Below are positions 1 to 9,209 of a stretch of DNA of 18,411 nt, piece by piece. Under the pieces are notes generated by a model that saw only the letters and a list, made by a program, of their open reading frames with translations, was not told the origin of the DNA and made no database searches. The stretch spans positions 1 to 18,411 of the forward strand of contig JBFMGO010000116.1 in assembly GCA_040752695.1 (NCBI GenBank), written 5' to 3'. Position numbers and translations under genes: made by a program. The stretch is from a bacterium. Its GTDB lineage: Bacteria > SZUA-182 > DTGQ01. Every line of letters begins with the position of its first letter. Positions within the stretch are counted from its first letter, which is position 1.

Positions 1-1018
1 GGACTTCTCTGCTGGCAGTCATACTTTCGGGCAAATCATCATCTGCATAGTTTAAGTCATGGTAAACCTGCTGCTTGTGCAGAGGAATCGGATAATGAAC
101 TGCCGTGGCCACTCCCTTGGCCTTCAGTCCCTCCTGGATTTCCGGCCGGTTTTTGACACGAATGGTATATTGATTATAAACATGAAGGACAAAATCCTCC
201 TGATAAGGAGTGACTACAACCGTATTCAGGCGGTGATTGTATTCCAGGGCTTTCTCCCTGCGCAGGTCGCGATTTTCGTCCACCTCATGAAGCTTTACCC
301 GCAAAATGGCGGCCTGCAATTCATCCAGACGGCTGTTATAGCCCAACATGGAATGGACATACTTTTGCTCGCTGCCGTGATTGCGCAGCCGCTGCACTTT
401 GGCGTAGATCTCTTCATCATTGGTCAGTACCATACCTCCATCGCCGTAGCAGCCGAGATTTTTGCTCGGGAAAAAGCTCAAAGCCGCGGCATCTCCCAGT
501 GATCCGACCTTTTTTCCTCTATACTCCGCGCCAATAGCCTGAGCACAATCCTCTATCACCTTCAGCCCATACTCGGAAGCCAGCTCCAGAACAGGATTCA
601 TATCCACAGGCTGGCCGTAGAGATGAACGGGAATAATGGCTTTGGTTTTTCCTGAAATCCTGGCCCGGATTTGCTTTGGATCGATATTATAGGTTTTTGG
701 GTCAATATCTACAAAGACCGGACGCGCTCCCAAAAGAGAAATAACCTCAGCAGTGGCAATAAAAGTGAAGGGGGTGGTAATGACCTCATCTCCCCTGTCC
801 ACTCCTGCAGCTACCAGGGCAAGGCGTAAAGCGTCCGTTCCTGATGCAACCCCGATTGCATACCTTGTACCGATATAAGCAGCAATCTCCGCTTCAAGAG
901 CTTCAACATTAGGCCCTAAAATAAAGCGTCCCGATTCCAAGACCCACTGAATAGCCTTTTGAATCGGCTCTCTCAGTTTGCAATATTCGCCAACTAAATC
1001 AACCAATGGTACAAACAT
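1..1018 (-). CDS. DegT/DnrJ/EryC1/StrS family PLP-dependent sugar aminotransferase (3' end runs off the window)
   Basis: Not in the ORF track, so translated by hand. ATG at 1018 follows an AGGGAG RBS. The protein reads MFVPLVDLVGEY...GRFILGPNV...ASGTDAL...GDEVITTPFTFIATAE...VIEDCAQ...SFFPSKNLGCYGDGG (PLP lysine motif). It is still in frame at the window edge (DLPESMTASREV). Confidence 0.95.
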   Translation of the reverse strand, partial: MFVPLVDLVGEYCKLREPIQKAIQWVLESGRFILGPNVEALEAEIAAYIGTRYAIGVASGTDALRLALVAAGVDRGDEVITTPFTFIATAEVISLLGARPVFVDIDPKTYNIDPKQIRARISGKTKAIIPVHLYGQPVDMNPVLELASEYGLKVIEDCAQAIGAEYRGKKVGSLGDAAALSFFPSKNLGCYGDGGMVLTNDEEIYAKVQRLRNHGSEQKYVHSMLGYNSRLDELQAAILRVKLHEVDENRDLRREKALEYNHRLNTVVVTPYQEDFVLHVYNQYTIRVKNRPEIQEGLKAKGVATAVHYPIPLHKQQVYHDLNYADDDLPESMTASREV

Positions 1019-1091
1019 AATTTACTCCCTACACGTTAATAATTCCCCACACACACTATTCATTCACCAAACACATTCATAATTCCCCATA

Positions 1092-1165
1092 CATAGTATT
1101 CATTTACTACTATAGTATTCATATGTCACTATAGTATTCATTTACCAATAGAGTATTCATTTGTT
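1092..1165. repeat. Degenerate 19-bp tandem repeat (TAGTATTCAT core), about 4 copies
   Basis: catagtattcatttactac / tatagtattcatatgtcac / tatagtattcatttaccaa / tagagtattcatttgtt. ATAATTCCCCA also occurs twice just to the left. Confidence 0.85.
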
Positions 1166-1205
1166 AAATTTTATAGCTGGATAATCAGCCACATTACCAT
1201 AAAAC

Positions 1206-2237
1206 CTATATAAGGGCAAACAATTTCTGCCACTTAGCCTTAAACTCGATGATCCTTTGGCTGGCCTGCTCGATTGACGACCGGGTCTTTTCATCATCCC
1301 GATACCCTGCCATCAAGGCATCCCATGCCTGAAGCTGCTGGTCAGGCTCATGGCAGACCAGGACGATGTCCACCCCTGCCCCGGCTGCGGCCAAAGCAGC
1401 CTCCCTGGGGGTAAAATGGTGCGTAATGGCCTTCATGGTCATATCGTCAGTGATGACTATCCCCCGAAATCCCAACTCCCGCCGCAATAAACCCTGGATA
1501 ATCTTTTTGGAGAGAGTGGCCGGATATTCCGGATCAAGACAGGTGTATTGGATATGGGCAGTCATGATCATATCAAGGCCTGCCTGCACAGCCCTGATAA
1601 AAGGTATGAGTTCCCTGCAGCGGAGTGTTTCCACCGTGCAGTCAGAGACAGGAAGCTGATAGTGCGAATCTGCCCTGACATCCCCATGACCGGGGAAATG
1701 CTTGCCTGTGGCCAATACCCCGCCGCTGTGAAGCCCCCGGATCAAACACTCTCCCAGATCGGCGACCTTTTCAGCCTCTTTCCCCAGACATCGCAAGGCT
1801 AAAAGGGTATTTTCCTGATTGGACAGGACATCCAGAACAGGGGCCAGATTCACCGTGATGCCCAGTCGGGACAATTCCCTGCCCAGACCATACCCGAAAT
1901 GATAGGCGTCATCCGGAGATTTCCCCGGACTCGAAAGGAGAACAGGATCGGGATATTGTTCCACCAGCCAGGGTATCCGTGATACTTTTCCGCCTTCCTG
2001 ATCAATGGCGATCAGGAGTGGAAATTCACTCCCCTCCTGCCGGTTCCACTGCTGAAGGTCCCGGCACAATCGACGAACCTGCTCTGGATCGAGGATATTG
2101 GCTGCAAACAGGATAACGCCGCCAATCTTCTGCTCCCGAATCACCTGGCGGATGGAATCGTTCAATTCGGTCCCGGAAAATCCAAACATGAGCATCTGCC
2201 CGACTTTTTTTCTTATTTCCTGGTTGTGCATGGGCAT
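1206..2237 (-). CDS. nagZ: Beta-N-acetylhexosaminidase NagZ (GH3), cytoplasmic
   Basis: Contains IDQEGG, the NagZ signature KHFPGHG-x4-DSH and the ITDD nucleophile motif. Single TIM domain, no signal peptide. Confidence 0.92.
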   Translation of the reverse strand: MPMHNQEIRKKVGQMLMFGFSGTELNDSIRQVIREQKIGGVILFAANILDPEQVRRLCRDLQQWNRQEGSEFPLLIAIDQEGGKVSRIPWLVEQYPDPVLLSSPGKSPDDAYHFGYGLGRELSRLGITVNLAPVLDVLSNQENTLLALRCLGKEAEKVADLGECLIRGLHSGGVLATGKHFPGHGDVRADSHYQLPVSDCTVETLRCRELIPFIRAVQAGLDMIMTAHIQYTCLDPEYPATLSKKIIQGLLRRELGFRGIVITDDMTMKAITHHFTPREAALAAAGAGVDIVLVCHEPDQQLQAWDALMAGYRDDEKTRSSIEQASQRIIEFKAKWQKLFALI

Positions 2238-2252
2238 ATTTCTTTACTTTTA

Positions 2253-2371
2253 ACTCCTGAATTTTAAATCCTGAATTCTACGTCCTGTCTTCTCAATCCT
2301 GAATTGTGTTTCCCGGCTCCGGAATTCTGACTCCTGACTGCGGGATTATGACTCTGGAATTCTGACCCCCG
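2253..2371. repeat. Degenerate 7/14-bp tandem repeat (tcctgaatt / ggaattctgac)
   Basis: actcctgaatttta aatcctgaattcta cgtcctgtcttctc aatcctgaattgtg ... gctccggaattctg ... actctggaattctg. Confidence 0.75.
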
Positions 2372-2374
2372 TCT

Positions 2375-3202
2375 CTAATAAATCTTCAATTTGGGATCCA
2401 CCGCATCCCGCAGGCCATCGCCGATAAAATTGAAGCCCAGAACCATGAGCATGATAGCCAGACCGGGAAAGGTGGTTAGATGCGGAGTACTGAGCAAAAC
2501 CGATCTTCCCTCATTCAGCATGGCTCCCCAGCTTGGGGTCGGAGGTTGAACCCCCAGACCGAGAAAGCTCAAGCCCGCCTCGGCCACAATGTTTCCCGCC
2601 ATACCGAAGGTAGCCTGAACCATCAGAGGCCCCAGAATATTGGGCAGCATATGGCCGAAGATAATCCGAAAAGGGCCAAGCCCCAGGGCCTTGGCTGCCG
2701 TGACAAACTCGGTTTCCCGCAGGTAAAGGATCTGCCCCCTGACCAGGCGGGCATATCCGACCCAGCCGATAAGGCAGAGGGTCAGGATCACGTTATGAAG
2801 GCTGGGCCCCAATACCGCCATCAAGGCAATTGCCAGCAAGATCCCTGGGAAGGCCATCAAGATATCGACGAGCCGCATAATCAACCCATCGAGCCAGCCC
2901 CCATAATACCCAGCCAGAGCACCAAAAATTAAACCGAGCAGGGTAGCCATGGTAACTGTCGAGAAACCCACCCACACCGATACCCGGCTGCCATAGATGA
3001 TCCTGCTGAAAATGTCCCGACCCAGGCTGTCCTGACCTAAAAGGTGATCCGCACTTGGTTTGGTCAAGCGATGGTCCAGATCAATCTGATTGGGAGAGTG
3101 AGGAGCAAAAACCGGAGCAAACACGGCCATGATGATCATCATTCCGGTGATCACCATGCCGAGAGCCGATAACTTATTTTTCAACAGCCTCTTTAACAAC
3201 AC
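2375..3202 (-). CDS. Oligopeptide/dipeptide/nickel ABC transporter permease (OppC/DppC type)
   Basis: N-terminal OppC helix (LKRLLKNKLSALG), HLLGQDSLGRDIFSRIIYG, EAA-like loop (EFVTAAKALG), AGLSFLGLG and PSWG. GTG start. Confidence 0.93.
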   Translation of the reverse strand: MLLKRLLKNKLSALGMVITGMMIIMAVFAPVFAPHSPNQIDLDHRLTKPSADHLLGQDSLGRDIFSRIIYGSRVSVWVGFSTVTMATLLGLIFGALAGYYGGWLDGLIMRLVDILMAFPGILLAIALMAVLGPSLHNVILTLCLIGWVGYARLVRGQILYLRETEFVTAAKALGLGPFRIIFGHMLPNILGPLMVQATFGMAGNIVAEAGLSFLGLGVQPPTPSWGAMLNEGRSVLLSTPHLTTFPGLAIMLMVLGFNFIGDGLRDAVDPKLKIY

Positions 3203-3220
3203 CGAATTTCTATTGAATCC

Positions 3221-3314
3221 TGTTATTGAACCCTGTTTCTCTTGAACGTTGTCTATCTTGCCTATTGCCTATCTTGAACGTTGCCTATCTCAAACCCTGT
3301 CTATCTTGCCAACT
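3221..3314. repeat. Degenerate 16-bp tandem repeat overlapping the hemL stop codon
   Basis: gtttctcttgaacgtt gtctatcttgcctatt gcctatcttgaacgtt gcctatctcaaaccct gtctatcttgccaact. The last unit contains the stop at 3301-3303. Confidence 0.85.
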
Positions 3315-4596
3315 GAGCGAACACCTTTTGGGCAGCGGCAATGGTACGGCGAATATCTTCATCCGAGTGAGCCAGAGAAACAAAAATCGCTTCGAACTGT
3401 GAGGGCGGCAGGTAAATTCCCTCTTCCAGCATACCCTGGAAATACCTGGCAAACATTTCCTGATCGGAACGAAGGGCGCCGGTGTAATCGGTTACATTCT
3501 CGCCGGTAAAGAAAAGAGTGAACATCGAGCCGACCCGGTTCATCGATACATTCAATCCTGCAGACTTGGCTGCTGTCAGCAGTCCATCGGCCAGCGCAGC
3601 CGATTTTTCCTCCAGCCGATCATAGAGCGAGGGATCGGAAAGCAGCTTTAAGGTTGCCATTCCTGCCGTCATGGCCAGGGGATTTCCGGAAAGAGTCCCG
3701 GCCTGATAGATCGGCCCCATAGGGGCGAGATATTGCATGATTTCCAGCTTCCCGCCAAAAGCACCTACCGGCAAACCACCGCCGATGATTTTCCCCAGAC
3801 AGGTCAAATCCGGTTTAATGTTATACAACTCCTGGGCTCCACCCTGAGCCACCCGAAATCCGCTCATGACTTCATCAAAAATCAGCACGATATCATGCCT
3901 TTCAGCCAACTCCCGTAAATTTTCCAGGAACCCTTTTTGAGGAATAACCACTCCCATATTTCCCGGCACAGGCTCTACGATGATGCAGGCAATTTCCCTG
4001 CGATACTCCTGAAGAACGCGGTATACCTTGTCAATATCATTGAAAGGCAGAGCAATAGTATGTTGGGCCAGACTGTTGGGAATGCCGCCACTGGTGGGAA
4101 TACCCAGTGTTGCAGCACCCGAACCGGCCTTCACCAGCAGGCTGTCCACATGGCCGTGGTAACATCCCTCAAACTTGATGACTTTATCACGGCCCTTATA
4201 TCCCCTGGCCAGCCGAATAGCACTCATGGTAGCCTCTGTCCCCGAGTTGACCATCCTGACCTGCTCTATCGAGGGAATCACCTGACAAATAAGCTGAGCA
4301 ATTTCCACTTCCAGTTTGGTCGATGCACCAAAGCTCACGCCTTTTTCCGACGCAGCCTGAATCGCTTTGATCACCTCAGGGTGGGTGTGTCCAAGGATCA
4401 TGGGACCCCAGGAACCTACATAATCGATATATTCGTGACCGTCAATATCGTAAATCTTCGATCCATTGGCCCGGTCTATGAACGGCGGGTTTCCTCCTAC
4501 GGCATTAAAGGCCCGAACTGGGCTATTGACTCCACCAGGAATATACTTCAGAGCCTTTTCAAACCAACAAGCCGAATTTTCTCTTATCTTTTTCAT
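3301..4596 (-). CDS. hemL: Glutamate-1-semialdehyde 2,1-aminomutase
   Basis: [47 protein letters not shown] (PLP Lys), [10 protein letters not shown] and PSQFE. AAGGAG RBS. 431 aa. Confidence 0.98.
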   Translation of the reverse strand: MKKIRENSACWFEKALKYIPGGVNSPVRAFNAVGGNPPFIDRANGSKIYDIDGHEYIDYVGSWGPMILGHTHPEVIKAIQAASEKGVSFGASTKLEVEIAQLICQVIPSIEQVRMVNSGTEATMSAIRLARGYKGRDKVIKFEGCYHGHVDSLLVKAGSGAATLGIPTSGGIPNSLAQHTIALPFNDIDKVYRVLQEYRREIACIIVEPVPGNMGVVIPQKGFLENLRELAERHDIVLIFDEVMSGFRVAQGGAQELYNIKPDLTCLGKIIGGGLPVGAFGGKLEIMQYLAPMGPIYQAGTLSGNPLAMTAGMATLKLLSDPSLYDRLEEKSAALADGLLTAAKSAGLNVSMNRVGSMFTLFFTGENVTDYTGALRSDQEMFARYFQGMLEEGIYLPPSQFEAIFVSLAHSDEDIRRTIAAAQKVFAQLAR

Positions 4597-4784
4597 AGGG
4601 ATTCTCCTTGAATGAAGGAAGTGCAGGTGTTATCCCTCTTCCCTAATTTTCTCGATATGCCTGGGCCTATTCCAAAACACTCTTTCCCCTCTTTGAAATT
4701 ACATCATCCTCCCCCTTTTATAAAGGTGGATGGGGGAATAAGAGAACTCTATCCTGGAATAAGTTCATAGATTTTTACCCGGCT

Positions 4785-4814
4785 ATCATATTCGCTATTC
4801 TCCAAGGTTGTCAA
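4785..4814 (-). promoter_or_regulatory. Putative sigma70 promoter for hemL
   Basis: Minus strand reads TTGACA-18 bp-TATGAT, about 190 bp upstream of the hemL ATG. Confidence 0.6.
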
Positions 4815-4854
4815 CCTATTTTTTTCAACTATCCTTAGTTTTAATCAAATCGGT

Positions 4855-5043
4855 TCTGACCGGCAGTTTCTCATTGCCGGTTTCTGGTTAGCGGCCTCTG
4901 GTTAGCAGTCTCTGACCAACGATTTCTGAATAGCAGCCTCTGGTTAGCAGCCTCTGGCTGACGGTCTCTGGATAGCAGCTTCTGATTAGCAGGCTCTGGC
5001 TAGCAGGTTTATAATTGGCAGTTTCATAATTGGCAGTTTCTGG
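4855..5043. repeat. Degenerate 14-bp tandem repeat (consensus TGGTTAGCAGCCTC), about 12 copies
   Basis: tggttagcggcctc tggttagcagtctc tgaccaacgatttc tgaatagcagcctc tggttagcagcctc tggctgacggtctc tggatagcagcttc tgattagcaggctc tggctagcaggttt, then ataattggcagtttc twice. Confidence 0.9.
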
Positions 5044-5052
5044 AACAATCTT

Positions 5053-5994
5053 TCAGGCGCGATATTGTTTTTCGATCCGGAGGATGTAGTTTTGCGTCTC
5101 TTTCGGTAAGGCGTTCGGTCTGTTTTCGAGATTGCCCATACCCCAATTGTAGGCAGCAAGAGCCAGTCTTAATTTTCCCCCGTAACGGTCAAGCAGTTGA
5201 CGCAGATAACGTGTCCCCCCCATGATATTCTGGGCTGGATCAAAGGGGTCATTTACCCCAAGTTCAGCCGCAGTACCCGGCATGAGCTGCATCAGCCCTT
5301 GAGCACCGGCAGGTGACACGGCTTTTGGATCACCGCCACTTTCGACTGCAATAACGGCCTTGATAAGTGCTGGATCAAGGTTATATTTACGTGCTGATTC
5401 ACCTATGATACCTTCGAAATCCTGGCTGCCTTGAACATGGCTGTCCTGGACATGGCTGCCCTGTGCTATATGTCCGGCACCCCGCATCTGTTGCTCTCCA
5501 TGTAATCCATCCCCTGCTGGTGGCCGGGGCATTTCTGCCTTGACTGTAGTCTGCGGCGCTCCTTCCTTTCGCGGACTCCCTGCAACTTCAGCCTGAGAGT
5601 TCCCATCCTGCACTACCCTGCTATCCCATGGCCGGGAATGCAGGGGGAGATGATTCGGCCAATTCGAAGATGAAAACATCGGGAATGATGATGAAAACGC
5701 CGGGAATGATGCCGGGAATGATAATGAAGGCAGACAGCTTTCTTCGGTCCTCTGTTTAGAGAGGATGGCCTCCACGGCCCTATATAACAATTCAATTGTC
5801 ACCTGTTCTAATGGCTTTTCCCCGCTTTGATTATCCTTTTTGGATAAAGAATCCTGCAGGATTCCGTTAAAGTCAAACTTCATCCCGGCTCTTAAAGATG
5901 TCGATGGGACCTGGGCAGTAAGGCCATTGGAGGCAGTAAGACCATTACGAACAGCTAAACCATCTACATTCCTTTGATTGGTTCTATCTATCAT
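5053..5994 (-). CDS. Slt-domain lytic transglycosylase (GH23) with a long low-complexity N-terminal region
   Basis: C-terminal motifs AVIAVESG (catalytic Glu), GAQGLMQLMP, ALAAYNWG and ETQNY. The start is uncertain (5994 or 5883). Confidence 0.9.
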   Translation of the reverse strand: MIDRTNQRNVDGLAVRNGLTASNGLTAQVPSTSLRAGMKFDFNGILQDSLSKKDNQSGEKPLEQVTIELLYRAVEAILSKQRTEESCLPSLSFPASFPAFSSSFPMFSSSNWPNHLPLHSRPWDSRVVQDGNSQAEVAGSPRKEGAPQTTVKAEMPRPPAGDGLHGEQQMRGAGHIAQGSHVQDSHVQGSQDFEGIIGESARKYNLDPALIKAVIAVESGGDPKAVSPAGAQGLMQLMPGTAAELGVNDPFDPAQNIMGGTRYLRQLLDRYGGKLRLALAAYNWGMGNLENRPNALPKETQNYILRIEKQYRA

Positions 5995-6000
5995 GAGATA

Positions 6001-7086
6001 TTACCATCCCAGAGAAATCTGCACCACGTTTCTCCGGTCACCCCGCTGACCTGCATAAGCGCCGATTTCCTCAGCATAGTTGGCGTAATCCAGTTTGAGA
6101 ATCCAAAGGTCCAGGGTGACTCCGGCTGAGACATACCCCTGATACAGCCCAACCCGCAGGGCCAGACGTTTTCCCAGCCATGACTCTGCTCCTATATGGA
6201 GCCGCCGGAAAAAATCCTTCTCGTTACTATTTACTTCATTGGTAACATCCATCAAATCCAGTCCCGCATTAACTGAAATAAACTTATACTCGTAATGCAG
6301 GCCAGTACCCAGGTTGATTTGCTGGGAAATCTCTCCGGCATCACCCATATCGATTCCGCCGATGTTCTGGATTACCAGAGCTGCCGTAGGCTTAAGAAAT
6401 ACAGGAAAGGTGTACATGGCACCAAAATCAAAACCAAGGCCCGACCCGTCTGCATAGTCATCCTCAATCGTATCCTCGAAATCGTCACTGGCTATCTGTT
6501 CGGCCGTATAGGTTTCCTGCAGCTTCTGCCGCTGAACGTACTTTGCCGAAACACCTAACCGCAGGGCATGATCAGTCAGAAAGCCAAAACCTAATCCGCC
6601 GACTCCGGCCACATCGCTGTAAGCGTCGACATCAACTTCCGGATATTGCAGGTTATTGGCTTCGGCATTGACGGTTGCCTGTCCCATCACCCCAAATCCA
6701 AAATGTTGTTTGACAAAATGAGGAAAGACAGATGCCCTGACATGCATATGCTCACCAACATACTCCCTGATTAAATCAGCGACCTCGCCCGTATCATCCT
6801 TGTCTATATCATTAATGTCATTATAGATATTCTGGCTATTCTCACCTGCCTCGACCGCCGGATTCAACAGGGCGAAACTCCAGTGAGGTACCTTATCCAG
6901 GCCGGCAGGATTGTAGAAGATGGCATTATAATCATCAGCGACAGCCGTAAATGCCCCTCCCATGCCGAGCGGCCTGATACCTTTCCATAAATAAGCCATC
7001 TCCCGAGCCTGAGCAGAACTAACCGTGAGCAAAAAAACGATAATCAGCAAAGCTCTCCATAGAAATCTGCGAGTCATTATTTTCAT
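6001..7086 (-). CDS. Outer-membrane beta-barrel protein, FadL/PorV/TraF-like superfamily
   Basis: Sec signal ending AQA, N-terminal RPLGMGGAFTAVADD...FYNPAGL motif, alternating beta-strands and C-terminal VQISLGW beta-signal. The start was moved from 7131 to 7086 because a GGAG lies upstream of that ATG. Confidence 0.8.
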   Translation of the reverse strand: MKIMTRRFLWRALLIIVFLLTVSSAQAREMAYLWKGIRPLGMGGAFTAVADDYNAIFYNPAGLDKVPHWSFALLNPAVEAGENSQNIYNDINDIDKDDTGEVADLIREYVGEHMHVRASVFPHFVKQHFGFGVMGQATVNAEANNLQYPEVDVDAYSDVAGVGGLGFGFLTDHALRLGVSAKYVQRQKLQETYTAEQIASDDFEDTIEDDYADGSGLGFDFGAMYTFPVFLKPTAALVIQNIGGIDMGDAGEISQQINLGTGLHYEYKFISVNAGLDLMDVTNEVNSNEKDFFRRLHIGAESWLGKRLALRVGLYQGYVSAGVTLDLWILKLDYANYAEEIGAYAGQRGDRRNVVQISLGW

Positions 7087-7227
7087 ACATGTCTCCACCA
7101 ATATTTCCATCTCCACTTTCTCCTTCTCCATTTTAAAAGCCTGGCGTATATCCTTATGTCTATATAATCAGGTTGATCGCTTAAAATAATCCAGCAGCCG
7201 CAGTTAACTGACTTTTGAAGTAGGTAC

Positions 7228-7327
7228 TGGGCAGCATTACTCTGTACTAAGAAGAATTATCCTGTATGAATGAGTATTATCCCGTCCTAAGGTAGTATAT
7301 TCTATATTAAGGTAGTATTAATTCGGT
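7228..7327. repeat. Degenerate 20-bp tandem repeat overlapping the lipoprotein stop codon
   Basis: tgggcagcattactctgtac taagaagaattatcctgtat gaatgagtattatcccgtcc taaggtagtatattctatat taaggtagtattaattcggt. Stop at 7307-7309. Confidence 0.65.
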
Positions 7328-8194
7328 CAAATAGGCTGAGAGTTCATCCGCGGTTACAGAATTTGGTGAAGGATCTTCAGGGCTTGCCGGTAAGTAGCCG
7401 ATATCCCCCATGAATTGATTAAGCTCTCGCTGAACATCATTTTTATTTTCCCCTTCGATTTCATTTTGACCTATCTGATTTCCTCCAGCCAGAGCAGCCA
7501 CACCATCTTGCACCATCGCAAGATCATCATTCAGGAATTGCAGCAGGCTGTCATTTCCTATCTCAATGGTACTGTAATTTCCATTGAGTGCCGCCCTTAT
7601 CCCCTCGCTGGTCATAGGAATATAATGCAGTTCGGGATAATATGCATCATGGATAGCCAGGCAAATGTTGAGGATGATATGGATGGCAGCATAAATCCCC
7701 CTCTGCAACCGGATATCATCACTGGCCGAAGAGTCCAGGTAGCGGTCCTGGCCGGAAGCCCTGTTCAACTGCGGGTCCTTCAGGACTTCCAATGCTTCGC
7801 CAACTTGCTTAAGCTTATAATCAAATTGGTTTGGATCCACATCATTGCCAAAGACACCGGCAATAGCATCAAAAGCATCCACATCATCGCTATCGGTTTC
7901 ATCTTCCTTGGCGAATTCTTCCAGCAGCTTCAAGGTGTCGAATCCAGCCCTTCCCATGTATGCCGAAGCCAGATAGCGCCTCTCCTGCTCGGTCAGACCG
8001 GTTCTGCCGCCTAAAGCGGCAATGACCGCATCGAAATTTCCTGAATTCAAATCCTGCTTTATTTGCTCGATCCTTGCAGCATCCCCCCCATCGTCAGACA
8101 TGCCATCAAATACATTTGTATCGCCGCAACCTTGAAAAAAGAGAAAGATAACCACAAGGAGACTGCCAAAAGCTACACCCCATACCTTTTTCAT
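7307..8194 (-). CDS. Hypothetical acidic alpha-helical lipoprotein
   Basis: GGAGG RBS, then MKK, a hydrophobic core and lipobox FQG-C. A TPR-like helix pair lies near the N-terminus (LASAYMGRAG). D/E-rich. Confidence 0.8.
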   Translation of the reverse strand: MKKVWGVAFGSLLVVIFLFFQGCGDTNVFDGMSDDGGDAARIEQIKQDLNSGNFDAVIAALGGRTGLTEQERRYLASAYMGRAGFDTLKLLEEFAKEDETDSDDVDAFDAIAGVFGNDVDPNQFDYKLKQVGEALEVLKDPQLNRASGQDRYLDSSASDDIRLQRGIYAAIHIILNICLAIHDAYYPELHYIPMTSEGIRAALNGNYSTIEIGNDSLLQFLNDDLAMVQDGVAALAGGNQIGQNEIEGENKNDVQRELNQFMGDIGYLPASPEDPSPNSVTADELSAYLTELILP

Positions 8195-8660
8195 AAATAT
8201 CCTCCGGAAATAATAGTGTAAGTGCTTGTAATCTTGAAATTGAGCGAAAAATACCTGTTTTTAGCGTGCACATTTTCCCTCAATTTTTCATTTATTGTTC
8301 TGTGCGAGTTTTTTTCCCAGCGAGCGACGAAGAGCCCTGACTTTTGTCAATTGTTAAGCTTTGCACTTATGCGCACCCTACCCACCAGGCTGCACTCTCG
8401 AATGGTTCCTTAAAGGGGGTAGAATAAGGATTACACATCTCACAGACAGACCAAAGGATCTGCCATCCCTCTTTTATTTTTTCGACCTTATTCCTTTCCC
8501 CAATCGGAAAAGGAATGAAAAAAGGTACTGTCAAAAGGAACAAAAGAGGGAAAATCGTACCTGCTCAGCCCGGATAACAGAGCACGGGGGTTTCGTTAAA
8601 GGCAGACGCCGTATTCTCTGGCCATGTGCAAAAATCTCGAAGATCCGGTAATGCCATTCT

Positions 8661-8689
8661 TTCATATGACGTATATGACATGCTATACT
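8661..8689 (+). promoter_or_regulatory. Putative sigma70 extended -10 promoter for sixA
   Basis: TTCATA-17 bp-TATACT with TG at the extended -10 position (TGcTATACT). GGAGG RBS precedes ATG 8736. Confidence 0.55.
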
Positions 8690-8735
8690 ATGGTTATGCT
8701 ATGCTTTAACATGTTATGGGAGGAATATATCTATC

Positions 8736-9209
8736 ATGAAGCTATACCTTATCAGACATGCTCAGCCAAAAAGTTATGAGGAAGATCCTCGAATGCCCCT
8801 CTCTGACCTAGGTCAAAAAATCATGAGGAAGATTTCAGAACATGCAGCAGACCGCATGAATCTGGTTATCTCTCAGATTTGGCACAGCGATAAACTGCGC
8901 GCCAAAGAAACAGCGGCCATTCTTGCCGAATCGCTCGGCATAACCGATAAAATGAAGGAACAGAAAGGACTTGGGCCTAATGATGATGTTTTTCCCATGC
9001 AAAACCGGCTCACAGAAGTCGAGGGAAATCTGGCGATAGTGGGGCATCTTCCTTTTCTCAGCAAACTCGCCTCCCTGTTGCTGTGTGGCAGGACAGATGC
9101 GGGCATGATCAGGTTCGAAACAGGAAGCATCGTTTGCCTGAGCAGAGATGACTATGATAATTGGACTCTGGACTGGATGATTACTCCAGATATTATCGGC
9201 AGCCTGTAG
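8736..9209 (+). CDS. sixA: Phosphohistidine phosphatase SixA
   Basis: LYLIRHA (histidine-phosphatase RH motif), S..LRAKETA and IVGHLP. 157 aa. Confidence 0.9.
   Translation: MKLYLIRHAQPKSYEEDPRMPLSDLGQKIMRKISEHAADRMNLVISQIWHSDKLRAKETAAILAESLGITDKMKEQKGLGPNDDVFPMQNRLTEVEGNLAIVGHLPFLSKLASLLLCGRTDAGMIRFETGSIVCLSRDDYDNWTLDWMITPDIIGSL

Noticed and set aside
59..502. 147-aa plus-strand ORF
   Set aside because: It is the antisense shadow of the DegT aminotransferase, which carries all the family motifs on the minus strand.
4855..5043. Repeat arrays here and at 13524-13606 and 15191-15318 as CRISPR arrays
   Set aside because: The units are contiguous and degenerate, there are no unique spacers, and no cas gene is present.
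6001..7086. TraF-like barrel plus Slt as evidence of a conjugative element
   Set aside because: There is no relaxase, VirB4/VirD4, pilin, integrase or att site, and the flanking genes are housekeeping.
8222..8651. Short ORFs 8222-8413 and 8361-8651
   Set aside because: They have non-ATG starts, no RBS and no motifs. The region looks like a divergent promoter spacer.
8585..8660. tRNA-Gln-like 5' half (gggggtttcgttaaaggcagacgccg)
   Set aside because: There is no T-arm GTTCRA, no acceptor-stem complement and no cloverleaf.
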